Assembly (NCBI RefSeq): GCF_006345805.1
Contig: NC_043002.1
Location: forward strand, 24,428,001-24,492,000
DNA length: 64,000 nt
Direction of reading: 5' to 3'
Origin: Octopus sinensis
Lineage: Eukaryota
Shown here: piece after piece, positions 1 to 12,660 of the stretch
Position numbering within the stretch: position 1 is the stretch's first letter
Layout of the letters: each line of letters begins with the position of its first letter
Position numbers and translations under genes: made by a program
The notes under the pieces: generated by a model
The model's input: the letters and a program-made list of their open reading frames with translations, nothing else
Told to the model about the DNA's origin: nothing
Database searches by the model: none

Positions 1-226
1 AAGCACTTTTCCCATGAAAACTTATATAAAACATCGTTTCTTCATAATACAAGAACAAAAAATTTTGGGGAAAAAAAACAGTACAAAAGCCATGACTCAA
101 AAACATTTTTTTCCTACTCAGAATTGTCAAAGCATGGAATAAACTACTTGCACTGATTGTTAGCCGTCAGGATACTGTATCCTTAAAAAATCCCATGCTT
201 CCCAAAATTTACCAACACTACTCTTG

Positions 227-544
227 CTACACCAATTCTGGATACTTTTTCACCTCAAACTCCCAAAGTGTCACCTCCTTTTTTTTTTTGACAAAGATGG
301 CTGCCAAGAGCCATGTTGGTTTAATTTCCAATGCAAATTCTTCTATCACTATTTTTGTTGTTCTTTTGCCAAGGTATGTTGGCAGAAGAGCCAGTTCTTT
401 GGACTGCAGGGTGATTGCTGAGTCGATCCTGGCATCACTCTCAGCTATAAACTGGGCCTCACAGTACCATATTTCCTTCCACATATCACAAATGCTAGTT
501 TGTACATAATAGGCTTCAATGCCTATGCACCCTTTCCTTTTCAT
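227..544 (-). pseudogene. Possible decayed ORF1-like fragment of a non-LTR retrotransposon
   Basis: 105-aa non-repetitive ORF (..LLPTYLGKRTTKIVIEEFALEIKPTWLLAAIF..) with protein-like composition in an otherwise repeat-only window. No diagnostic motif; the assignment is tentative. Confidence 0.25.
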
Positions 545-1139
545 GATTCCTTTACTAAATCATTTTTCTGTCTTTTTGTGTTTTATTCAATGTAGAGTGC
601 ATGCACTTTTGGCTTTAATTGTTATTTTTCTTTGCTTGAGATATTACTGCTTTGTGTCCCCTCTTTTATTCTTTTTCTGACGTGTAGTGCATCTGAGCAC
701 TGAACACAATAGCTTATTATATCAGTTAATTAATACTAGGAATGATGGAAACCTAAAAGCAGAAATTCATCAGATTTTTTTCAAACAACTGAAATAATAA
801 ATTCAAAGTAAGTAACCCCTGCCTTGTTTAATGCAATAAATAAAACAAGAATTTCAAAGTTTTGAAATATGTAGCATTTTTCTCATTTCATAGTTGATAG
901 AATTTTTTGTGGCTACTTTTAGACAAAGCCTTTTCAATAATGATAATTGGTTAATAAAATTAAACAAAGGATATAATGATATCTAGTCTGTTGAGGTTAA
1001 TAAGCAGTTCATTTTCCTTTTATTTCAAATAATTTTGATAACCAGTTAATAACATTATCCATGGTTATGATAATCACCTTCTGTGTGTGTGTATACATAC
1101 ATACATGGTGGAAGTCAACTTGTGACTGAGTAAGACAAC

Positions 1140-1740
1140 TTCCTAAATTCAGTAAGTTCATACAAGTGTTCTGAGACCAAGAAGTTCCTGTGTGTAAATT
1201 TGTTTTGAGTGAATAAAGTGTTGCACAGCATTGAGGCCACTTTTCAGCAATATCAGCTATAAAACCAGTGACACAACAGAGGTTGAGACAACCAGAAACC
1301 AGTTTCTCCACTAGAAACGCAGCCGTAGAATCATAGAAATTTGTGACAAGTTAACATTATAAGCTATGAAACACTGAGTGACCAGAAAAAAGACCATGTA
1401 ATAGGGCCCAGTGTATGCAAAAGTTGGGTGAATAAGCGATTTTTTAAAATCAAGAACAGCAAAGAAGTTGCTAAACAGTTTAATGAAACTGTACATGCTA
1501 ATAACTATTTTCAACAAACTGTGTAGGTTTGTTACAAGTGTTGTGACTGAGTAAAAATATCATAGAACTGATGAGTGAAAATATCATAGAACTGATACCT
1601 TCAACAAGGCAAATGCTTTTTGCATAACTCCAACATTGTGGAGAAAGGTTTTTATCAATTAGGGACTTGAAGACAAAGCGCAGAAACCAGTCGAGTCTTG
1701 AGACATCATCCAAGTCAGTCTGATAAGAAAAGCTCTAATT
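1140..1740 (+). mobile_element. Decayed hAT (Charlie/Buster-like) transposase 3' fragment
   Basis: ~1610-1700 translates MLFA*LQHCGERFLSIRDLKTKRRNQSSLE, resembling the hAT C-terminal dimerisation motif (F.STY.CE.GFS.L..IKTK.RN.L). Contains a local ~24-bp tandem duplication (gagt(a/g)aaaatatcatagaactgat). Confidence 0.5.
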
Positions 1741-2039
1741 TTGATGCTATATAAAAGAATAAAGTAGCATTATTTTTCCCAGAACCTAAAGTGAAGTTGT
1801 TTTTAAATGAAATTCTTCAGTTCTTTAATTATTTTATACTAATTTTGTTTCTGTCCTATTTATATGGTTGCATGTTTGACTTTTTTTTTTAATTCTCCAC
1901 ACTAATGCTTGTGGACTTAAAAATAAGCCCACAATAACCCTTGTGTACTAGAAAACTGATCTGTTTTAATTCTTGTGAAATTAAAAATTGATCCATAATA
2001 ATTCTTGCTGACTTTCATTTCTTCATAATAACTGTCGAT

Positions 2040-3860
2040 ATAATTTTTTTGTAAAACAATTTAAGAGCAATCGATGTTTTTGTTTTGAAGTCTGGGAGTA
2101 ACTTCATTTTAGTTGAGTAGATTTTTAAGTAATACCTAAAAATAACTCTGCCTCTTGTTCTAAATAATTGCTCAACCATTATTTGGTGTTGTCAGTAATT
2201 AGAAAGACAGTGGATTTTGTAGATGCTATTTTATTGCTGTGCAGCCAGGTGTTGAAAGCTTTGCTGATGTCAGTAGTTAGAATGGTAGATACGGGAAGTT
2301 CTTAATATTGAAATCATCATGAATTTTTTGTTAGATTCCTATGCGTAGCATGGTGGTTCTGTGTAGTAACCTGAATTTGTGTTGTAACTCAGAAAGGTGA
2401 GCATGTGAGTTAATGATACCAAGAATTAGCTATTCTGAAGGCATATACAGCAAAGTAATGGGTCCATACAATGTTACTTCTCAAGGATTTTTGTTAGGCT
2501 TTAAAATAATTGTTATAATTTTTTGTTTTGCTTCTAGATCTAGGGAATTGGTGCAAGTAGTTGTAGATCTTGATTGCCATGAATCCTTTCGGCCTTAGAT
2601 GCTTCAGGTGTATGTTTGTGTTTTTAAGCCTTTAGATTCTTTCTTTCATTTTGGGTGTCTGATGGAAGCTTGTGATCTAGATGGAAAGTGCATATTTTTC
2701 CTTTTGTATTTCTGTTTCCTTCATATGTATTTTTTTGGTGGCAAATTTTCAAGAAGCATCTGATAACAGCATTTACTTCGTGTTGCAGTGTGAGTAAATG
2801 GTATATTATTTGAGAGTGCTATGGGGACATGGGGTGTGGTATAACCATTTTGTTGTTGTAGATGATACTAATTACTTTACAGAGTATTTTATAGTTAGTT
2901 TTGTGATTTATGTTGGATGTGAATGAATGCCAGTTTTCTATTTTCCTGTGGTTTATTTATTTATATTGCTCTTGTTTAATTGTTTGATAGTGAATTATAT
3001 TTAAGTTGTTTATGGTTTTGGTGTACTGCATTTGAGACTATCTCTAGTCTTAGGTTTTATGAGGTTACTATTCTTAGTTGGTAACTGGGGTTGGAATTTT
3101 TATGTTACCATATGGGATGTGTTTTTTCCTTTCTTTGTGTATTTATAATTATTTGCAGAGTCTATGTTGGAAATTGTGGTGTTGTTGAATTTTGAAAACC
3201 TTGTTTCTATTTGTTGTGCTTTAGTTAAGTTTGTAAAAGCATTTATGGTTTATCATTGGTTTGTGAGGTGTTGTGATGATAATTCATAGGTGGCTTGAGG
3301 AAAGATGGGGAATTGTTCGCTAAGTAACTGTGGTTGCTAGGTGTAGGGAACAGAAGGTGATGTCTGGAAAGAGTTGACAACTTGGCTTGGTGAGGTATGT
3401 GAGATGGGAGCATGTGCATGTGCACATGTGCATGTGTGTGTATGTCTGTGTGTGAGTGTGTGTACATGTTGGCTTTGATTGTTTAAGATATAAAAGGAAT
3501 TAAGTTGTCATATGTTATCCCTCTTGTTGTTTAAAGTATTTGAATGTCAGAAAGAGTTGTGAGAATCAAAGTCTCTTTGATGGTAATGTTTGTTAGAATG
3601 TTAAGATGTATTAGTTGCAGTGTATGTAGACTTGTAGGCCAGTTGATGAAGATGGCGGTGGTATTTATATATTTATCATGTGTGTGTTGCTAGTTTTTGT
3701 TTTAAATATTGTATTGTAGTATTGTTCTTGATCAGTTTGTGAATGTCATTTATGATATCTATATTCTGAATACAAGGTTTTATGAATATTATAAGACTTG
3801 CCACCATTGTGAAATTGCCTGTCAAGTCAAATTTCAGCATAATTTGGAATGGTGATTGTT
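2040..3860 (-). mobile_element. Heavily decayed APE-RT LINE (I/Jockey-group-like) ORF2
   Basis: Minus-strand remnants occur in the correct order: INI*IPPPS and RDFDSHNSF (APE motifs, ~3670-3555), TNIHLKHLRPKG (~2600), YGPITLL...LSELQHKFRLLHRTT (~2470-2355) and TILTTDISKAFN (~2285-2250). Many stops and frameshifts. Confidence 0.7.
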
Positions 3861-4333
3861 TTGTCTTTCACTAGTAATATATTTCCTGAATTCACATTCA
3901 CAAATATTAAGGATAATGATAAATGTTTAGTTCCATAAAAGTGATTTTAATACCATTAGTGTTTTATTGGAAAAGTGTTAGATTTTTTTATGTCAGGTTT
4001 ATGAAGTTTATTTTTGTTTTAAGTGTTTCCTGTACAGAATTTTGGCCTTATGTAGAGAGATAATTGCATATCTGATTTTAATGTGGTTTTTGTCAGTATT
4101 GTTATTCTTGTATTTTTCTGAATTGTCTGTAAGTGGTCACATTTTTGTATGTTTTGCTCTATGTAATTTAAGGACTTATAAAAACATACTTTTGTAGGAG
4201 TTTAGGGCTATTGTTGTCTGAATTTATATCTGTTATTTTCAGATGGCAAACTTATGTATTGAGAGAAATTTTTCGGCATTTTGGGCATTTATCCTTTAAC
4301 TACCATTCTACCAATAACCATCCTATCTTCTTG

Positions 4334-4490
4334 TCATCATCATCATCATCATCATCATTTAGCGTCCGCTTTCCATGCTAGCATGGGTTGGACGGTTCAA
4401 CTGGGGTCTGTGAAGCTGGAAGGCTTCGTCAGGCCCAGTCAGATCTGGCAGTGTTTCTATGGCTGGATGCCCTTCCTAACGCCAATCATA
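4334..4490 (-). mobile_element. RTE-LINE 3' tail fragment ending in (GAT)n
   Basis: Reverse complement of tggcgttaggaagggcatccagc...ccaacccatgctagcatggaaagcggacg..(gat)n, matching the 3' end of the RTE at 21790-21963. Confidence 0.85.
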
Positions 4491-5064
4491 TTATATTCAG
4501 TATTATGTTTTCCTGTATATAAACTATTTTAAAGATGGCAGGGTAGTCTTTGAGATTTAGCAGCTATTTATTGCAGGTCAAGCAACTATGTAAAAGCTTG
4601 GTTACATCTATTATACAGCAAAGTAGATTATGGTAAATAGAATGTCATGTTTAAGGGAACACAGCACAATGGCTCTAGCAGGAAGTGGTGAAACCTTTTA
4701 TATAGCTAAGTAGAGTGTCTTGTCTAAGGAAACACAACACATTGACTGTTATAGGATATGGTGGTTCTGATTATATAGCAATATAATAAAGAGTTTCTTA
4801 ACTTGCATCCCTAAGTTGGGTATGATTTGAGGGTGCATTGGATGCTATTTCTAGCAGGGGAGAGACTAAATGAATGCTTCATATTTTGTGTCCCTGTGTC
4901 TTGCTTTCTGTAGGTATCTTGTTTGCATCCCAGCACACCTACTATCTTCTTAACCATCACCATCACCACTCCTAACACAAGTACATCAACCGTCTCTACT
5001 ATAATGTTGACTTTACAGTTATAATATCACTTTCACCCCCAACCCCCACCTCAGTAATATTGGT

Positions 5065-5275
5065 TTCAGATTTTGGTACAAGGCTAGCAAGTTTGTTGGA
5101 GAAAGGGTAAGTCGATTACATCAACCCTGGTGTTTAACTGGTACTTATTTCACTGACCCTGAAAGGATGAAAGGTAAAGTCAACCTTGGTGGAATTTGAA
5201 CTCAGAACCTAAACAGATGAAGTGCTGCTAAGCATCTTGCCTAGCATGCTATCACTTCTGCCAGCTCACCACCCT
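5065..5275 (-). mobile_element. tRNA-derived SINE family A, diverged copy
   Basis: Matches the reverse complement of the 13285-13512 copy (gagctggcagaa head; tttcatcctttcagggtc core). Confidence 0.75.
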
Positions 5276-6667
5276 CCCCACCTCAGTAATATTACCACAA
5301 CTTGAACCCTCCTCTCCCATGAGTGTGTTCCAGTAACAAACATGCATGCATACATACATACAGATAGACAGACATACATACAGACAGACATACAGACTGA
5401 CAGACCGACAGGCAAGCAGACATAATTTATTAGAAAAATAAAATGCCAGGATGTAACTCACACTTTTGTGGAGTGACTGTCAGAAATTCCACTCTTATCA
5501 CACATTCACCAGCATATGATGGTAGTGGTGGGAAATGGTAATAGGGTGTAGTGTTGGTGTTGGTGTTGGTGGTAATGGTGGTATGGTGGTGGTTCTGATG
5601 GTGTTGACAGTAGTGGTGTTAATAGCAGCCACGATTGAGGTGGTTAACATAGTTCTGTGAGGGTGTTGAAGATGATGTTGGTGTTGGTTCTAATGAAGCA
5701 GCATTTTTGACATGGAACCATAAACTGGATAGAATACAAATTACTTTGTTACCAAATTAGCCCAAGACACAGTTCTTATAGCTAAGTCCAACCCAGAAAT
5801 TTCACAACTTTGGTTAGTACCAGTTGAAGCCATTCTACTGTTTCAACTGAAATTGCAACGTCGAACTTCTGTTAAGGCAACAACAATAACAACAGGATGA
5901 TGTTGATTTTATCTATAGTGGTTTAGTTGTGTTGGTGACAGTGTGATGGTGTTTGCAGAGTTGCTGATAGTGACAATTGTGGTAGTGGTGGTGGTGGTTG
6001 AAGAGGAAACAGGAGTGCTAATCCATGTGATGAATAAAGGAATAGGGAGTATTTCACACATGTGTTCTTCATTGAGAGCAGTGTCTCTTGAAATACAGTC
6101 CTCAAGGGAATGAAAATGAGAGAGAGGGGGGGGAGAGAGAGAGGCAAAGAAGTAGTGAGAAAGTCTGTGAATGTGTGTGAGAGAAAAGGAGAGTATACAA
6201 GTGAGGGTGTAAAAGAGCTTACTCACAAATGACGTAAGGGGAGGAAAGGGCTCTGAGAAGTGTGGGTGGTGGTGAATGTGTGGTATATACGCAGGCTCTG
6301 TTTCTATTTCTATTTATAAACAGAAACCACCATGACCGCCGTCTCCATCATCAACACCATCAGCATCTATTAACTGTATATGTATGTCAGTATGTCAGTA
6401 TATAAGTATATACATGTGTGTATATATATGTGTGTGTGTAAGCATAAGTATGGGTGTACACCAATGAGGATGTGTGTATGACGTGTGTTTGTGTGTGTGA
6501 GTATATGTTTACGTGTGTATGTAAGTATGTATGTATGTATATATGTATATATGTATGTATGTATATATGGATGGATGGATGGATGTATATATGTATGTAT
6601 GTATATGTATGTACATGAACATGTATGAATGTATGTGAGCATTTATGTGTTTGTACATGAGCATATC

Positions 6668-6711
<44 letters not shown>

Positions 6712-7227
6712 TGTGTGTGTGTGTGTGCATGTTTGATGTGAATTATTTCAGTATGAAAACATTTTTCAAAAATTTCAAATGGCTGATTTTTACAGATATC
6801 TTCCTTCACTTGTTTTAATAATCTAAACATCCCGAGAGGGTGCTTTTTGTTTGCTTATTGTTGAGCTTGATGCAGTCCTCCAGCTTGCTAAATCCTGTTA
6901 TACTGTCCAACTCATGCTAGCATGGAAGACGGACATTAAATGGTGAGGATGAATAATGATCATTAGCTGAAGTTTTTCATCTCATTTTACCAGATATGCA
7001 AGACCCTTAGTATGAAGAATGCTCTCTGAGGTATTCCAAAATAATGATAATGAGCTTATTTTATACAGGGATCACGTGCACTACTGCTCATTGGAAAAGG
7101 GTAAAAGAGGGGACAGAAGGCTACAGTAAGTAAAGAAAGAGAACAATGAAAGCCAAAAGTATTGGTGATATAAATGTTTAGTGTCACTGCATTCCAATCC
7201 TCTCTGTCTGTCTCTCCCACTATCTGT

Positions 7228-7310
7228 ACACACACACACACACACACACGCGTGCGCACACACACACACACACATGCGCACACACACACACACACACACA
7301 CGCACACATG

Positions 7311-7373
<63 letters not shown>
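7228..7373. repeat. (CA)n microsatellite
   Basis: Directly visible dinucleotide run; source of the spurious CV/HT ORFs. Confidence 0.95.
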
Positions 7374-7375
<2 letters not shown>

Positions 7376-8740
7376 CACAAGCATAAACAGGTAATAATCA
7401 GGTATCAAATCAATTATTTGTCCAAAAATTTCAGTCAAATCATCTTGTTGGAGTTAACACCCTTACTTGCTGTTCTTAGAATTTAAATACCTCTCAAGGG
7501 AGTTTTAGCTTAATAACTGCTTGGATAATCACAGTTTGATCAAAATCTTTCAATTCACTATTCCATATATCAGAGATCTTACTGTAGTTGTCACTATGTG
7601 TTTTGTATGTTGTGTGTGTAATACAAGTTGCATACAAGTTGACCTCAGTGGTTAAAAAATTTCCAATACAATCATGAGGTACTAGGTTCAATCCAAATGC
7701 ATGGCAGTCTCAGATTGACCCAAGCCTTGTGAGTGAAATTAGGTCAATGGAAACAATATGAAAGCCAATCAAATAAATTGTACCTATAATCCAAAGGGCT
7801 AGCCAAGTCACATGCACAATCATGCTGATTCTGATTCACAGAGGATTATATTAAGAGTACAAGTGTTCATGGAGTACTCGGCCACTTATTTGCTAATGCA
7901 ATGAATAGGTAGTCCATTTGATAAAACAATGGGAATAATCATTATCAAACCTGACAGAGGATCTATTTAATTGATGGAGGGATATGTATGTATGTATGTA
8001 TGTTTGATTGTATGTATGAATGTATGTACATCTGTGTGTATGTATGTTCAAATATATCTATGTATCAATGTAAGCATGTATGTATGTGTAAATATATGTA
8101 TGTATCTGTATGCATGAATGCATGCATATAGTTTGTATGTATGAGTGTGTGTATGTATGAGTGTGTATATGTATACATGTATTTATGTATGTATGCATAT
8201 ATTGATGTATGTATGTATCTATGTATTTGTATTTCTTTATAATTTGAATTTTTCCCCCCATAAACAAGGGGATGATTTCTAAGATACAAACTTCCATCAC
8301 TGAATATGGATAACAATAAGGAAAGTATAATGTTTTTAATAACTTTAGAAATGTCTTATAGTTATTATTCCACTTACAGATTATATTTGCAAAGATGTAT
8401 CAGTTGATTATTTATTTTGCTCTAAAACTTGGCTTTTCACAATTCTTACTCAAATGCTTAGTAAAATAACCAAGAGCACAAATGAATAATCAAAGGCTCC
8501 ATGTCATTGGTCAATAAATACTACACAGTTTCCTCTCATATCACATCCTGTTGTCTTAAATAGAGGAGTATACATTGGATAGCAAAATGCTTTTGATGAT
8601 ATGTCAGCCTGATCAGAGTTGGCTTAGCATTTGAACTACAACTACAGTGGCCATATAAGAAATCTTGTATGTTAATTCAGGTTCAATTTCATCGAGCAGT
8701 TTACTACAGCTACAAGATATCTTGTCTACGTTATATATAT

Positions 8741-8960
8741 CATCATCATCATCATCGTTTAACGTCCACTTTCCATGCTAGCATGGGTTGGACGATTTGA
8801 CTGAGGACTGGTGAACCAGATGGCTGCACCAGGCTCCAATCTGATCTGGCAGAGTTTCTACAGCTGGATGCCCTTCCTAACGCCAACCACTTTGAGAGTG
8901 TAGTGGGTGCTTTTACGTGCCACCTGCACAGGAGCCAGTCCAGCAGCACTGGCAACGACC
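8741..8960 (-). mobile_element. RTE-LINE 3' tail fragment
   Basis: (cat)n followed by the reverse complement of the RTE tail (ggatgcccttcctaacgccaacc). Confidence 0.85.
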
Positions 8961-8979
8961 ATGTATATATGTATAAATG

Positions 8980-9311
8980 TAAGCGCTTTATAGACATTTC
9001 CTGTCTATAAAGGGCTTAGCTTTATGACATATCATCAGATCCCAAAAACCTGTTGGTCCAAGACCACTTTAAAATGTGGCAAGAGGAAATGCCTCACTTC
9101 ACAAAGGTAACAAGTGGGGATTATCTCCCTTTGATATTAGCTATTGACTTCTGACTGTGCTGCCATCTTGTGGGCTCAAAAAAGCTAGCAGGAACCTTCA
9201 GAAATGTAAACATAGCCTAAATGGAGATTTCCAGGTCATGTTTATATTTCAGGAGGTTCCTGCTAGCTTTTTGGAGCCCACAAGATGGTGGCATAACCGG
9301 AAGTCAATAGC
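8980..9311 (-). mobile_element. Fold-back fragment of a hammerhead-bearing (Penelope-like) repeat, copy 1
   Basis: Homologous to 10116-10420. Retains CUGAUGA/helix II/GAAA, but helix III is replaced by an inverted duplication. Carries a ~74-bp inverted repeat (9140-9213/9238-9311). Confidence 0.6.
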
Positions 9312-9334
9312 CAGATTTATGTTTTTACAAACAA

Positions 9335-10078
9335 TATATATGCGTAAGCTTGCAAGAAACGAAGCTAGTATACTCTGCTGGATGTGTAATGTCAGTGTGC
9401 ATATATGACAGAGTGTAAGCACCCTGACCGAAAAGTTGGACATAAGAAGCATCAGATGTGGTGTGCAAGAGGGACGACTGTGCTGTTATGGTCATGTGTT
9501 GCAAATGAATGAAGACAGCTGTATGAAAAAATGTCACACCCTAGCAATTGAAGAGGTAGGCCCAGGAAGACCTGGGATGAGGTGGTGAAGCACGACCTTC
9601 AAACATTGGACCTCATGGAGGCAATGATGAGCAACCAAGACCTTTGGAGATATGCTGTGCTTGAGAAGACCAGGCAAGCCAAGTGAGACCATAACCATGA
9701 CCTATGTCAGTGTCACATAACTGGCCCGTTTAAGAGTACCCTTCAATCATTGGGCAATAAACTGTGCTTGAGAGGACCTGTTGAGTCAAGTAATATCATT
9801 GTCATGGCCAATGCCAGTGCTGCCTGACTGGCTCCTGTGCTGGTGGCATGTAAAAAGCACTATTCAAGTGTTGTCAATGCCAGTGCTGCCTGCCAGTGGC
9901 ACGTAAAAGGCATGTGGTGGATACCAGTACCACCTGACTGACCCTCATGCTGGCAGCACGTAAACAGCACCTACTACACTCTCAGAGTGGTTGGTATTGG
10001 GAAGGACATCCAGCTGTAGAAACTTTGCCAGATCAGATTGGAACCTGGTACAGCCTCTGGCTTGCCAGTCCTCAGTAA
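9335..10078 (+). mobile_element. 5'-truncated RTE LINE
   Basis: MRKLARNEASILCWMCNVSVH and GRPRKTWDEVVKHDL align to the 3' part of the RTE at 21170-21900; followed by the repetitive 3'UTR. Confidence 0.85.
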
Positions 10079-10100
10079 CCCCATAACTCAGGCAAGTTTA

Positions 10101-10163
10101 TGGGGTTACCCTGGGTTTCCTATCCATAAAGGGTTTAACTTTATGGTGTATCATCAGACCCCA
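10101..10163 (-). ncRNA. Type I hammerhead ribozyme motif
   Basis: Minus strand reads UGGGGU-CUGAUGA-uaca CCAUAAAG uuaaacc CUUUAUGG auag-GAAA-CCCAGGG-UA-ACCCCA. 6-bp helix I, intact core, 8-bp helix II, quasi-palindromic helix III (ACCC-A-GGGU) and a GUA cleavage triplet. Confidence 0.8.
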
Positions 10164-10625
10164 AGATCTGTTGGCCTAAGACCTCTTTAAAATATGAGGG
10201 GGAAAAGCCTCATAACAAATGTAAACAAGGGGATTATCTTCCTTCGCCAATGGCTATCAACTATTGACTATTGGCATCCAGCTATGCTGCCATCATTCAG
10301 CTGTGGGGGTAAATAATAGGGGATTATCTCCCTTCTCCATTGGCTATTGACTTCCAGCTGTACTGCTATCTTGCGGATTCCAAAATGCTAGCAGGAATCT
10401 CCTAAAATGCAAACATGGCCCGAAGAAATCTCTGTTCTGGAGTTAAGTATGGCCCTTGGTTTGAGTGAGTCTTTTAAGATTCTCATGCATTCAGCTAAGC
10501 ATAACTTGCTATGTTTCATCCCATTGGTGGCAAATACAAACACAAAGTCACAAATACATACACGCACGCACACATACATACACATCCCTGGGTTTTTGAG
10601 GATTTTCCATGAGATTGAGTGTAGG

Positions 10626-10668
<43 letters not shown>

Positions 10669-10670
<2 letters not shown>

Positions 10671-10803
10671 ATAGAAAAAGAAAATGGAGAAACTGATATA
10701 TAGACATCAATTTATTTGAACATATTTAATTCTGTACAAACAGAATTGAATATGTTCAAATAAATTGTCTATATGTCATGTTCTCCATTTTCTTTTTCTA
10801 TTA
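10669..10803. repeat. Near-perfect 135-bp hairpin/palindrome
   Basis: taatagaaaaagaaaatggagaa...aatttatttgaacatatttaattctgt-acaa-acagaattgaatatgttcaaataaatt...ttctccattttctttttctatta. Confidence 0.85.
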
Positions 10804-10962
10804 CATAATATTTATCCATATCCATCAATGCAAAATTAACATCTTTGGTTATTTGCTGATACATTGGATGAAACTGGTGAACTTGGATGCTGACATCCCT
10901 TTAAGAGAATTTTATATCTTTGATTTAATTGAATATATATATATGTATATGTATATGTATAT

Positions 10963-11400
10963 AGGCATGGCTGTGTGGTTAAGAAGTTTGCTTTGCAAAC
11001 ACTTGCTCTTGAATTTGATTCCATTGGTCAGCACCTTGGTCAAGTGACTGCTATCACAGCATTGGGCCAATTAAAACTTAGTGAGTTTAATTAGTAAATG
11101 TAAACTGTGTAGAAGCCTTTCATCTATGTGTGTGTGTGTGTGTGTGTGTTTGTGTATGTATGTGTGCGTGCGTGTATGTATTTGTGACTTTGTGTTTGTA
11201 TTTGCCACCCCTTACCACCATCTAACAACTGCTGTTGGTTTGTTTATGTTCCTGTAATGTAGCAGTTTGGCAAAAGAGGCCAATAGAATAAGCACCAGAC
11301 TTAAATAATAAGTACAGGGGTCAGTTTGTTTGGCTTCACCCTTCAAGGCATTACTCCAGCATGGCCATAGTCCAATGACTGAAGCAAGCAAAATATAAAA
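10963..11400 (+). mobile_element. SINE family B, diverged full-length copy
   Basis: Head ggcatggctgtgtggttaag, central (TG)n and tail ...ctccagcatggccatagtc; collinear with 38516-38926. Confidence 0.75.
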
Positions 11401-11669
11401 GATGTGTGTGTGTGAGTGTGTTTATATATGTGTGAATATATTGACCTCTGGGGAAAAGATTTGAACTATTGATTGTTTCATTGCTAGTATAATACTCTGA
11501 GATTCTACACACATACAATTGTGTATAACTATACATAATAAAGATAATAATGGGCACTGAGTGCTTTCAGCAGATATCACTTAGTGGTAAACAACCTCAG
11601 GATAACATTTTCTCTTCCTTTAATCCATCTGGGAGGCCCTGAAAAAGGTTATGGGTGACTAAGTCACAC

Positions 11670-11722
<53 letters not shown>

Positions 11723-12285
11723 ACACACAAACACACACAAACACACATACACACACACACAAACATACACACACACATGCATGCAAACACAAACACATAC
11801 ACATACAAGTACATACACACACTCACACATACAAGCACACATGTATGCAAAGACACACACATACACAATACATATAATATGAGTGCACATACACATATAA
11901 GTACATGCACAGATATACACAGACACATACATGCTCATCCACACTCATACAGCCTCAGGGTAACCTCCTTTCTTCATTCCATCTATCTGGGAGGTGCTGA
12001 AAATGGTCATGGATGGCTAAGTCATAAAACACACACACACACACACACATGTACATTTATACATGTGTAAACATAAATTTACACTTATATATAAGCATGT
12101 ATGAGTACATATACACACACATATACACACAGACATAAACATATATACGTGTACACAAACACACACACACACTGACATCTTGCAGCAGCAGTATTACCAA
12201 ATTCCAGCTGTGTAGTCAAGTGGACAACAATAAACCATTAACAACATTCTGGAACACTGCATAATTAGCTCAAAGAATTCCTCAC

Positions 12286-12320
12286 ACATCATCATCATCA
12301 TCATCCCCACCACCACCACC

Positions 12321-12364
<44 letters not shown>

Positions 12365-12660
12365 CATCATCATTTCCAGCACTGCCACCATCATAACCCC
12401 CACCACGACCACCCATGTGTGTTTGCATGTATGTGCTAGTATATATATATATTCTCCATCATCCTCTTCATCGCTATCACCATGATTAATCTTTATCACT
12501 ATCATCACTACAATCACTATCATCAACACAACTATCATCGCTATAATCAGCATCGTTTCTATCATAAGCACCATTACTATTATTAATATCACTATAATCC
12601 TCAATGCCATTATAACCCCTTTCTGACAAAACCACCACCACCACCATCACTACACTGAGT
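12286..12660. repeat. (CAT)n/(CAC)n degenerate trinucleotide tract
   Basis: Directly visible; explains the M/V/I-rich pseudo-ORF. Confidence 0.9.

Noticed and set aside
1548-1600. CTGATGA-GT-GAAA hammerhead-like core
   Set aside because: Created by a 24-bp tandem duplication; no helix I, II or III pairing.
6994-7125. Two possible small exons with AG/GT boundaries
   Set aside because: The first has stops in all frames, the intervening intron would be only 38 nt, and no protein is recognisable.
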